Below are positions 9,774 to 18,742 of a stretch of 64,000 bases of DNA, one piece after another. The first letter of the stretch is position 1. Every line of letters starts with the position of its first letter. The DNA comes from an uncultured Bacteroidota bacterium (lineage in GTDB: Bacteria > Bacteroidota > Bacteroidia > Bacteroidales > JAAUTT01): the NCBI GenBank assembly GCA_963766305.1, contig CAVYAE010000034.1, positions 202,041-266,040 on the forward strand, read 5' to 3'. The notes under the pieces were generated by a model that did not search any database, was not told the DNA's origin, and was given only the letters and a program-made list of their open reading frames with translations. The position numbers were made by a program, and so were the translations under genes.

Positions 9774-11168
9774 ATGATATACAACAAAATATTAATTGCT
9801 TGCCTGGTACTGTGCTTCCTGCAATTTTCTTTTAAATCTGACCTTGCCAATATTACCTGGGGTACCAAAACCGTTTACAAACCTTTACAAACAAAATATT
9901 CAACCCCGCCCGCAGGGTATAAGCCTGTTTTTATAAATTACACAGGACGACATGGTGCCCGGTTTCAGACTGGCATAACATCCGATTCAATATTATATTC
10001 GACACTTAAAAAAGCTGACAAGGAAAATGGCTTGTCCCGGGCAGGGCGAAAATTAATGCGCATGGATTCCCTGCTGATGAACATCGAAAAATCGGATATA
10101 TCGTATATTTCAGACAGAGGAAAAGAGGAACAGGAAGCATTGGGAAAACGTATGGCTGCAAACTTTAGTAATGTATTTTCTGTTAAAAACTGTTCTATAA
10201 AAATTTCCACAACCAGGAAAGAAAGAACACGACAAAGTGCAAAGGCTTTTCTGAAAGGCCTCAATGCAGATACCACATTGCTCATGGTTAAAAATTTTAA
10301 TGATAACGATGAACTTGCATTTTATGATATTTCACCAACTTACAAAACGTTCAAGGATAATGGCAACTGGAAAAGAATATTTTCAGCCATTAGCAATTCA
10401 ACCAAAGCAAAAGCAACTTATAAAAACATTACTCAAACATTTTTCACTGCTTCATATTATTTAAAATTAAAGCAGCAAAAATTATCTGGGAATGAAGCAA
10501 ATGATGATACTTCCTGGTACGATGATAAAAACATTGCAACGGAATTTTTTGAAGCAGCTTCAATAGTAGCTTCCCTCGACCTGGAAATTTCAAACAAGGG
10601 CTATAAACCTGAAGAAATGGATTTTACTTCTCTTGTTTCGGGGGATGACCTTCAATATATGAGTTATATCAACAGTGCGGAAGATTTCCTTGTAAAAGGT
10701 CCCGGAACCGATGCTGAAGGAATACAGGTGCGGATTGCTGTCCCTCTGCTGATAAGTTTTATAAAAGCAACTGAGGATTATATTTCAAAAGGCAAGGTAA
10801 TTGCAAACTTAAATTTTGGTCATGCCGAAACCATTGCTCCTTTTGCTGCTTTGCTGGGCATCCGGGGAGCCAGTGAAGCCATAAGCGCCTATAATATTGT
10901 GGATTACAACAAAACCTGGAAATGTGAGGAAATAATACCGCTAAGCGCAAATATTCAATGGGTGGTATATCACAATGAATCGTCCCACGATTATATTGTA
11001 AAATTTCTGTTAAACGAAAAGGAAGTAAGAATAAATCAGCTTAATGATTGCGGAACTCCGTTTTACTATAAATGGAATGATTTAAGGGATTATTATCTCC
11101 ACAAAATCAATAAAATGAACGTTAATCTGAACGACGATATACATGAATTTCTTTTAAATGTTAAATAA
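9774..11168 (+). CDS. histidine acid phosphatase, MINPP-like (multiple inositol polyphosphate phosphatase / phytase)
   Basis: RHG motif (YTGRHGARF) and HAE proton-donor tripeptide (NFGHAETIAPF), which is typical of MINPP rather than HD-type phytases. Signal peptide starts at Met30 of the tracked ORF (MIYNKILIACLVLCF), so the start is set at 9774 instead of 9687. Confidence 0.75.
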   Translation: MIYNKILIACLVLCFLQFSFKSDLANITWGTKTVYKPLQTKYSTPPAGYKPVFINYTGRHGARFQTGITSDSILYSTLKKADKENGLSRAGRKLMRMDSLLMNIEKSDISYISDRGKEEQEALGKRMAANFSNVFSVKNCSIKISTTRKERTRQSAKAFLKGLNADTTLLMVKNFNDNDELAFYDISPTYKTFKDNGNWKRIFSAISNSTKAKATYKNITQTFFTASYYLKLKQQKLSGNEANDDTSWYDDKNIATEFFEAASIVASLDLEISNKGYKPEEMDFTSLVSGDDLQYMSYINSAEDFLVKGPGTDAEGIQVRIAVPLLISFIKATEDYISKGKVIANLNFGHAETIAPFAALLGIRGASEAISAYNIVDYNKTWKCEEIIPLSANIQWVVYHNESSHDYIVKFLLNEKEVRINQLNDCGTPFYYKWNDLRDYYLHKINKMNVNLNDDIHEFLLNVK

Positions 11169-11295
11169 AGTACTATTTGTTAAAAAGTATTAAAAAACAG
11201 ATTTTGGCCTGAGATTTGCCTGTTAAGACTTAAACCTATGGTTAAATAACAAGTCCAAGGTGAAAATTTAATTAATAGTAAGGATTTAAAAATTC

Positions 11296-11925
11296 ATGCA
11301 TATGAAGACTTATTTTTTGAACATTAAATCAGATCATTTTGCCAGGAAATTCCAAACATTATTAATGTTTTTGGCAGTATCAGTTTTATTGATGTCAGCA
11401 TCAATATCCAACACGGATGCTCAATGGAGACGTGGAGGAGGATACAGAAGTCCGGCATGGCATTACTCACATGTGCCTGCACGGGGTGCATTTTTCAGAG
11501 GTTATCCCCGTGGGGCAGCTCCGATTTTTTGGGGAGGACATAATTATTATTTTCACAGAGGATTATTTTATCATCCCTGGCGTGGCGGATATATAATTGC
11601 CCCTCCTCCTTTCGGACTAAGGGTTGGATTTCTGCCGGCAGGATTTTTCTCCTTATATGTTGGTGGTTTACCATATTATTATTATTGCGGAACCTTCTAT
11701 GCCCCCCGGGACGGTCAGTACGAAGTTGTTGCACCTCCCGTTGGTGCTGTGATAGAAAGTCTCCCGCAGGGTTATAAGCAGGTTGAAATTGAAGGCCAGA
11801 CATACTTTATGTGTGATGGAGTGCAGTATAAACCAATTATGAAAGATGGTGAAATTTGGTACCAGGTAATTAAAAGCCCTAATGCCGCACCCGGACCTGA
11901 AACTTATGATAAACCGCAAAATTAA
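11296..11925 (+). CDS. hypothetical secreted Gly/Tyr/Pro/Arg-rich protein
   Basis: Signal peptide (LLMFLAVSVLLMSASISNTDAQ), low-complexity RGGGYR/YYY region, ordered C-terminus; family not recognised. Confidence 0.5.
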   Translation: MHMKTYFLNIKSDHFARKFQTLLMFLAVSVLLMSASISNTDAQWRRGGGYRSPAWHYSHVPARGAFFRGYPRGAAPIFWGGHNYYFHRGLFYHPWRGGYIIAPPPFGLRVGFLPAGFFSLYVGGLPYYYYCGTFYAPRDGQYEVVAPPVGAVIESLPQGYKQVEIEGQTYFMCDGVQYKPIMKDGEIWYQVIKSPNAAPGPETYDKPQN

Positions 11926-11932
11926 TGTGAGG

Positions 11933-11999
11933 ATGTGCAGATGTGCAAATGATTAAGTTTCTAATAATCAATAATCCTTAATAACCTGCACATCTGCAC
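11933..11999. repeat. decaying tandem octamers (ATGTGCAG ATGTGCAA ATGATTAA) and their inverted copy, forming a 13-bp inverted repeat between convergent genes
   Basis: GTGCAGATGTGCA 11935-11947 is the exact reverse complement of TGCACATCTGCAC 11987-11999; 39-nt AT-rich loop. Confidence 0.7.
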
Positions 12000-12014
12000 A
12001 ACTTCTCATTAAAC

Positions 12015-12533
12015 TTACGACTTAACACATCTTACAGATAAACCATGTGTTTTGAGTGAATAAGTTGAAGTAACGATTGCTGATTTTGGTGTTATGTAAA
12101 TAAACCAGGCATTATCTTTATCCTGTTCAGAAGCAGACCAGTATGCTCCATAACTTTCCAGAAGGTTATAATTCCCTACAGAAGATACCCCTCCTAATTT
12201 AGCGTTAAAACCTCCCTCTGAAGTATTTTTAAGCATTTTCGGTGCGGCTTTATCTTCTCCGCCCATGAACAGCAATAAATCACTCCAGTCTTTAATTGTT
12301 GGCAGGCGCCATCCGGCAGGACACGCCTTCGTGGCAGCTTCATAAGTGTATAGCTTGCCATATTTTTTAGCAAATTGCGGGTTTTCGTTATAATAATAAC
12401 TACCCTTCACTTCGGTATCAATGTTTGAAATAGTCCAAACCTGATTGCCGATTTTAATTCCATTGATTTGTTGAGATTTTCCTGTGATTAAAAAACCAGT
12501 TAAAATAAATGTCAAAAATACTACTCGTTTCAT
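12015..12533 (-). CDS. FISUMP (Fibrobacter succinogenes major paralogous) domain lipoprotein/secreted protein
   Basis: WTISNIDTEV..YGKLYTYEAA..CPAGWRLPTIKDWSDL..GFNAKLGG..YGAYWSAS pattern. Start placed at the signal-peptide Met (MKRVVFLTF); the tracked ORF extends to 12563. Confidence 0.7.
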   Translation of the reverse strand: MKRVVFLTFILTGFLITGKSQQINGIKIGNQVWTISNIDTEVKGSYYYNENPQFAKKYGKLYTYEAATKACPAGWRLPTIKDWSDLLLFMGGEDKAAPKMLKNTSEGGFNAKLGGVSSVGNYNLLESYGAYWSASEQDKDNAWFIYITPKSAIVTSTYSLKTHGLSVRCVKS

Positions 12534-12669
12534 AAAATTATTAATTATGGTTACTTTTCGCATTTAAATACGCGATGAACCTCTATAAGTTTAAATTGAA
12601 CAGTTAAATCTATATGAAATTTATGTTAACCTTAATCCCTTAATTTTATTTAGACTGAATAAATTTATT

Positions 12670-15082
12670 TCAGTGTATCACCAGCATTTTTGTGACAAAT
12701 GTTTTACTGCCGTCCTCTGTAGTCAGAAATACAAGATATACGCCTGAAGCTACTCTCCTGCCCGTATTAACAAGGTTACCATCCCACACCGCCTGCCCGC
12801 CTTCAGAAATAGTTTCATAAACCAAATCACCTGAAATATCTGTAATTTTTACTATAGTATTTGTCATTAGCCCTGTTATAATAATATTCCCGTGATAATT
12901 ATCCCTTACAGGATCAGGGTAAACGTAAACATGGCTGAAGTCTTCATTGCCCTGGGTAGCTACAGCCCTGTAAGAAATAATACCTTTATCGGTACCGAAA
13001 AAAACTTCACCCGACGATGCGTCAATAGCTATGGCAAGTACATTATTGGAAAATATAGGGCTGTTAGTTGTGTTGAAATTATATATCTGTTTTGTTCCGT
13101 CTGCTGATACCAGATAAGCTCCCCCAGACTGTGTGCCTATCCATTTCTGATTAGCTCCGTCAACAACTATGCAATTTATCGATTGCCCTCCTAATAAAGG
13201 ATATACAATATTAGTCCCGTTATTTGCAGGTATTGCCGGTTGAATCCCCACTGTATTCGGGTTACTTGTACTGAATACCTGTGTCGGGTCAGTATAAACC
13301 ACTACCCCCTGCTCAGTTCCGGCCCATACTTCACCATTATTGTCAAGTGTGGCACAAAAAACGTTATAAATCTGCTGACTATATATATTCAAAGGTTTAA
13401 TAAGTACCCATGCATCATCGGCTGTATTATCTATGGTGCCATTATAATTAAAGGCCAGCAGTCCTGAACCCCAACCTTCTGTCCAGTTACGCGGTAAAAC
13501 TATCCAAATGTAATGGTATGAAAGTAATGGGTTTGGGTCGGTATGATCTATTGGAAGGATATCAGCTGCCTCAACATTCTGAAGTAAGTTGTTAAAACTA
13601 AAGGATTTCCAGGTGCCATCAGTTTTTAGTACCTTTAATGGGGCAGATGCCAAACTGTTAGTCACCCACAGATTGTTTGCAGCATCGTAAGATGTTCCGT
13701 TAACGTAAACATAACTTTTACCCGGAATTAAGGTTTGGAGGGGACTGTTTGTATATGTGTAATTATTTATTAACTGTCCGTTGTTGTAAACAATTACACC
13801 GTCGGCCCATGAACCAACATAAACTTTATTTGGATTTACAGGATCTACAGCAATGCTTGAGTAGTCAAAGCCACCTGATGTGTTTATAATACTTGTCCAG
13901 GTCTGATTGGAAAATTTATAAAGCTTTCCTTGTGTAAAGGTAGGAGTCCACGACTGATCAGCACCTCCTGCCGTAACATAAATACTCCCGCTGTAATATT
14001 GCATTCTCCACACGTCTGCAGTTGCCGGTCCATTCGGACATATACTTGTGAAATTTTGTGAATTGGGAGGACAATATACCAGTCCCAGGTTACTATCTGC
14101 AAACCAGGCTATTCCAAAATTATCGACTAATGAACTTACAGGATTGGAATAAAAAAAACTATTTACAAGTTTAAGGTTCTGTCCTAACTGAAATACTGCA
14201 TAATCTCCTGTTATCATTAACCAGTTACCCCATGGGCGTACCTCATATTTATGCATGTTTGCCTGAGGCAGAAAACTTGTCCAGACATTATTCTTTAAAT
14301 AAAACAGCTGGTCAGAATTTGTATTTGCGCCAACAGAATTGGCAATAATCATCCCGTTAAAATAACATAGTTTGTCAAATTTACTCGTATAATTGGGAAT
14401 ATTGGTCACAAGATGCCACTGGGTATAATCTACAAGAAAAGGATTATTCACCGACGCGCTGAATATACCGTTTCCCGTTGCTGCATATATATTACTGTCA
14501 TCTGCAGCAACTGAATATACCGGATAACCCGACCCGCCTGAACCAATAATATAATTGTCCTTTATTTCAAATTTGACTAAGTCTATAACCAATATGCCAA
14601 AAGAATAGGAAATGTAGGCATAATTATTTCTGAAAAATATATGATTTGCAACCTTTGAACCACTAATAGAATTGTTTTTAAGGTCCGGAATATTGGTAAT
14701 TTTGTTATTCTCTAAAATATCTATATTTCCGTCATTATATGCTATTAACAGTATTTTATTGTTTCTGATAATATTCCATTGTACTAATACCAATATCTGA
14801 AAGTCCTGTAATTTTTGATAATTTTTCAATGCTGTTATCAATAGTATTATGTGTAAATATATTATAATTAGTTGCACAATATATTTTACCTCCCGCTTCT
14901 ACCACTTTAATGCATTGGCTATAAGGTAGATGATCTCTCCATGCTCCGGTAGGAATTTGTGCAGGAACTGATAGAACAGAAAATATATACAGTATAACTG
15001 AGGTAATAAGGTAGTGAGGTGATAATGTTATGAAGTTGAGGTGTAATAAGGTGGCAGTTTTACAGAAAGTTAACCGGATCAT
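12670..15082 (-). pseudogene. porZ: PorZ-like T9SS protein (two beta-propeller-type domains + T9SS C-terminal domain) split by a frameshift near 14756-14770
   Basis: ORFs 14756-15082 and 12670-14877 overlap in different frames. The N-fragment ends ..GLSDIGISTMEYYQKQ* and the other frame continues NKILLIAYNDGNIDILENNKITN, so together they read as one protein. C-terminus VYVYPDPVRD...GVYLVFLTTEDG is a T9SS CTD. Confidence 0.6.
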
Positions 15083-15134
15083 ATTGATGCTTTAAATAGT
15101 AGTATTACAATTTAACGTACTAAAAGTATAAAAA

Positions 15135-15758
15135 TTATAATTGGTTGCTGGATGAAAAAATGCCACTACTTAAAAATTCGGCGAATTTCTTAAATGCTAT
15201 GGCTCTGTGACTGATCTTATTTTTTTCATCCATAGTCATTTCTGCAAAGGTACTTTCATATCCATCCGGAACAAATACAGGATCGTAACCGAAACCAGTG
15301 TTACCTCTCATTTGATCAGTAATTTGTCCATTGACTATGCCCTCAAATGCATACTCCTTCTTACCTGTTATAAAGGCAATAACCGTTCTGAATCTTGCAG
15401 TGCGTGTTTGTACACCATTAAGCAGATGCAGTAATTTATCAATATTCGCTTTACTCCTGTTTTCTTCCGATCCAAAATCCGACAGAAATCCTGAATAACG
15501 GGCTGAAAACACTCCGGGAGCACCATTCAAATATTCTACCTCCAGGCCAGTGTCATCGGCAAAGCAGGGCATATTAAACCTTTCGTAGACAGTACGTGCC
15601 TTTTGCAGTGCATTTTCTTCAAGAGTAAAATGGGGTTCAGGTATATCTTCATTAAACCCCAGATCCTTTAAGCTGATAAGTTTGTAATTTACCCCTATTA
15701 AAGCTTGAATTTCAATTAATTTATTTTGATTATTTGTAGCGAATACTATCTGGTACAT
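15135..15758 (-). CDS. rdgB: non-canonical purine NTP (dITP/XTP) pyrophosphatase, RdgB/HAM1 family
   Basis: FATNNQNKLIEI...DTGLEVEYLNGAPGVFSARY...GFGYDPVF...SHRAIA motifs. Confidence 0.9.
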   Translation of the reverse strand: MYQIVFATNNQNKLIEIQALIGVNYKLISLKDLGFNEDIPEPHFTLEENALQKARTVYERFNMPCFADDTGLEVEYLNGAPGVFSARYSGFLSDFGSEENRSKANIDKLLHLLNGVQTRTARFRTVIAFITGKKEYAFEGIVNGQITDQMRGNTGFGYDPVFVPDGYESTFAEMTMDEKNKISHRAIAFKKFAEFLSSGIFSSSNQL

Positions 15759-15776
15759 TGGTAACTGTCAATTAGT

Positions 15777-16610
15777 TCAGCCTCCTGTGGTACTGAAACT
15801 GCCAACAATAGTAGGCCTTGGATTTACACACATTACAGGTACTTTAAATTCGTTGGCTATTATATATTGCTCGGAAGCTCCAAAAATATAATCTGCATAA
15901 TTAATAGCCTTGGTAGTCATTATCAGGATTAAGTCGGCATCTAATTTATTTGCAAATGCTACTGTTTGTTCTGCAAAATTACTTTTTGCCTCTGAAACAG
16001 AAATTTCATATTCTATACCCTTATTTTTGAAATATTTTTCTGTAAAGAACATATTGGAAAATAATGATTTAAGGAATCCTTTGTCTTTTAGATTTTTCTT
16101 AAAAATATAAATCCTGGCATTATAATTTTTAGCAAGGAAACAAGCCCATCCTATCTTTTCTTTATTTTCCTTTTTAAAATCCACCGGGAAAACAAGCCGC
16201 TTAACACTTTCATGTTTTGGCGCCTCCTGAATAATAATAACGGGGGCTTTGGATGTTACAGTAACTTTAAGGGCCCAGCTTCCTGTAATTTTTTGCAATC
16301 CATGCATACCATGAGTTCCCATTATCACAAGCTCTGCCTCGAGTTCGTTTGATACCTCTCCTATGGTTGAAAAGATGGAACCTTCCCGGATTAAAGAATT
16401 AACATTGATTTGATAATCACTGTTAATTTTACTGGCAATTGAATGGATTTGATATTCAGCTTCCTTGTATTCAGTATCCCTCTTGATAATATGTAATAAA
16501 GTAATATTTTTATTAAGAATCCTGGAATACATAACTGCATGTTCAACCGCATATCCTGCAACAGTTGAAAAGTCAGTAGGTACTAGTATGGTTTGCATTT
16601 GCGAATCCAT
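15777..16610 (-). CDS. tandem universal stress protein (UspA) domain protein
   Basis: Two Usp halves: ILVPTDFS...LVIMGTHG and LVFPVDF...PVMCV. Confidence 0.8.
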   Translation of the reverse strand: MDSQMQTILVPTDFSTVAGYAVEHAVMYSRILNKNITLLHIIKRDTEYKEAEYQIHSIASKINSDYQINVNSLIREGSIFSTIGEVSNELEAELVIMGTHGMHGLQKITGSWALKVTVTSKAPVIIIQEAPKHESVKRLVFPVDFKKENKEKIGWACFLAKNYNARIYIFKKNLKDKGFLKSLFSNMFFTEKYFKNKGIEYEISVSEAKSNFAEQTVAFANKLDADLILIMTTKAINYADYIFGASEQYIIANEFKVPVMCVNPRPTIVGSFSTTGG

Positions 16611-16729
16611 AGGAAAAATTTAAATTAAATTATTTAATTAATTATTGGGAATTTACAAATCACTATTGTGTAAATATACTTTTTTGGGTATATTAATATT
16701 TTTATCTTTGAATACTTTGTAAAAGTAAA

Positions 16730-18670
16730 ATGAATAATGTTCCTAAATATAAGAATTTTACTCAAAAATTGCTTAAATATTCCTTTTTATTTTTAGGATG
16801 TTTATTTTCAATTTCCATAAATTCTGCTGAAAATTATGCAATTCAAAAAACTACTCCCGGTACCGGAGAAAAATATACCTTACAGCAATTAGTAAGTTAC
16901 AGACTTACTACAAACAATCAAAACATTATATTAGCCTTTTCAGGTGATACCCTTCTTGTTTATAATGGTAAAAACTGGAATAAATTCGCATTAACCGGAA
17001 AATGTTTATTGGCAATTGACAATAGTAACATCATACATATAGCTTCTGAAACCTTTATTGGCATTTTAAGCTTTAATGAATCCGGTCAGCCTGTTATTTT
17101 AAGGCAGATTATCAATAAAGATTTAAAGAAATGGGATAAGCCTGAGAAATTCTATACCCATGATAATAATTTATATCTCGAATCTTACAATAAATTATTC
17201 ATAATTAAAGGTAACAAATTGGAGAAAGTAGACTTTACTCCGATATATAACCGCTGGTGGACCTGGATTCTATATTCTGTTATAATGGCCACTTTTGTTA
17301 TTCTATATTTTATTAAAAGAAGAAACGATTTTAAAAAGGAAAAATCAAATCTTGAACATATAATTCAGGAACGTACAGCTGAATTAATGAGAGAAAAAGA
17401 AAGAGCCGATGACCTTTTAGCTAACCTGCTTCCCAAAGAAACTGTAGACGAACTTAAGAAAACAGGCAAAGCCACTTCTCAGAAATATGACCTGGTGACA
17501 GTTTTATTCTCCGACATCCAGGGTTTTACAAAGATTGCTGAAGAAATGAATCCCGAGAGATTAATAGATGAACTGGATAATTTCTTTTTTCAGTTCGATT
17601 CTGTTGTAGAGAAATATAATATAGAAAAAATAAAAACCATTGGTGATGCCTATATGTGTGCCGGTGGTATTCCTTATAAAAACAGAACCAATCCTGTGGA
17701 GGTTGTGCTTGCTGCTTTGGAAATGCAGGAATATATGCGCCAGCTGAAACAAAAAAACGTAGAAATATGGGATTTACGTATAGGCATTCACACTGGGGCT
17801 ATAATTGCCGGTGTTGTTGGTCACAAAAGAGTTTCTTACGACATATGGGGAGATACTGTCAACACTGCCAGCCGCATGGAATCTTCAGGTGAACCGGGTA
17901 AGGTCAATATTTCAGGTCAGACTTTTGAACTGGTCAAAGATTTTTTTATATGTGAATATCGCGGTAAAATGCCTGTAAAATATAAAGGCGATGTGGATAT
18001 GTATTTTGTAAAAGGTATCAGACCTGAACTTTCCACCGACCTGAAACTTATTCCTAATAAAAAGTTCTTTATTCAGCTGCAGTTACTTCGTATTCATGAT
18101 ATTGAAGAATTTATGGGAGAAAAATTGGCTAAAGAGTTACCTGCTACACTGTATTTTCACAATGCCAAGCGTACAAAAGAAATTTATAATATAGTTGAAC
18201 TAATCGGAAGGGCTGAAGATATTTCACAGGAAGATATGCTTATTCTGCGAACAGCAGCTTTATTCATATATTCCGGTTTTACAAAAACCTATAATGACTT
18301 TATTGGTAGCAGTATAAAAATTACAAAGGAAATATTGTTTAAATTCAAGTATTCTGAAGAACAGATAGAAAATATATCAAAGTTAATTCAGTCTTCCCGG
18401 GCACATGACAACATTAATTCACAACTTCAGGCAATTCTCATAGACGCTGTATACAATTATTTAGGCAGGCTGGATTATTTTTCATTGACGATGGATCTTT
18501 ACAATGAAGTTAAAGTTAATGTTGGGGTAATTAATGAAAAAGAATGGTTCATTTCACAGATAAGATTTCTTGAAAAATTTACATTTAATACACAAACGGC
18601 TAAAATGTTAAGGGAAATTCCTGCTGAAGAACAAATTCGGGTAATAAAAGAATATGCAAATTTAGATTAA
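16730..18670 (+). CDS. membrane-anchored class III adenylate/guanylate cyclase with extracytoplasmic N-domain and C-terminal helical domain
   Basis: Signal/TM, TM at about aa 180-200, coiled coil, cyclase core VTVLFSDIQGFTKIAE...KTIGDAYMCAGGIP...RIGIHTGAIIAGVVG...YDIWGDTVNTASRMES. Confidence 0.85.
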   Translation: MNNVPKYKNFTQKLLKYSFLFLGCLFSISINSAENYAIQKTTPGTGEKYTLQQLVSYRLTTNNQNIILAFSGDTLLVYNGKNWNKFALTGKCLLAIDNSNIIHIASETFIGILSFNESGQPVILRQIINKDLKKWDKPEKFYTHDNNLYLESYNKLFIIKGNKLEKVDFTPIYNRWWTWILYSVIMATFVILYFIKRRNDFKKEKSNLEHIIQERTAELMREKERADDLLANLLPKETVDELKKTGKATSQKYDLVTVLFSDIQGFTKIAEEMNPERLIDELDNFFFQFDSVVEKYNIEKIKTIGDAYMCAGGIPYKNRTNPVEVVLAALEMQEYMRQLKQKNVEIWDLRIGIHTGAIIAGVVGHKRVSYDIWGDTVNTASRMESSGEPGKVNISGQTFELVKDFFICEYRGKMPVKYKGDVDMYFVKGIRPELSTDLKLIPNKKFFIQLQLLRIHDIEEFMGEKLAKELPATLYFHNAKRTKEIYNIVELIGRAEDISQEDMLILRTAALFIYSGFTKTYNDFIGSSIKITKEILFKFKYSEEQIENISKLIQSSRAHDNINSQLQAILIDAVYNYLGRLDYFSLTMDLYNEVKVNVGVINEKEWFISQIRFLEKFTFNTQTAKMLREIPAEEQIRVIKEYANLD

Positions 18671-18742
18671 ATTATCAGTGTGATGGTAGGCTGAATTGAT
18701 TAAATTTGCCATATTGTATTTTACAATTATAATTTTATTAAA

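Noticed and set aside
11933-11956. Mini-ORFs MCRCAND (11933), MCRFADV (21064) and MSDNVFQIVCECC (minus strand, about 27204-27163) as real micropeptides
   Set aside because: They are by-products of the ATG-containing tandem words. They are too short and too variable to support coding without ribosome-profiling data.
14756-15082. 108-aa ORF as an independent gene
   Set aside because: Its C-terminus continues seamlessly, in another frame, into the 735-aa ORF. Treated as the 5' part of one frameshifted porZ-like gene.
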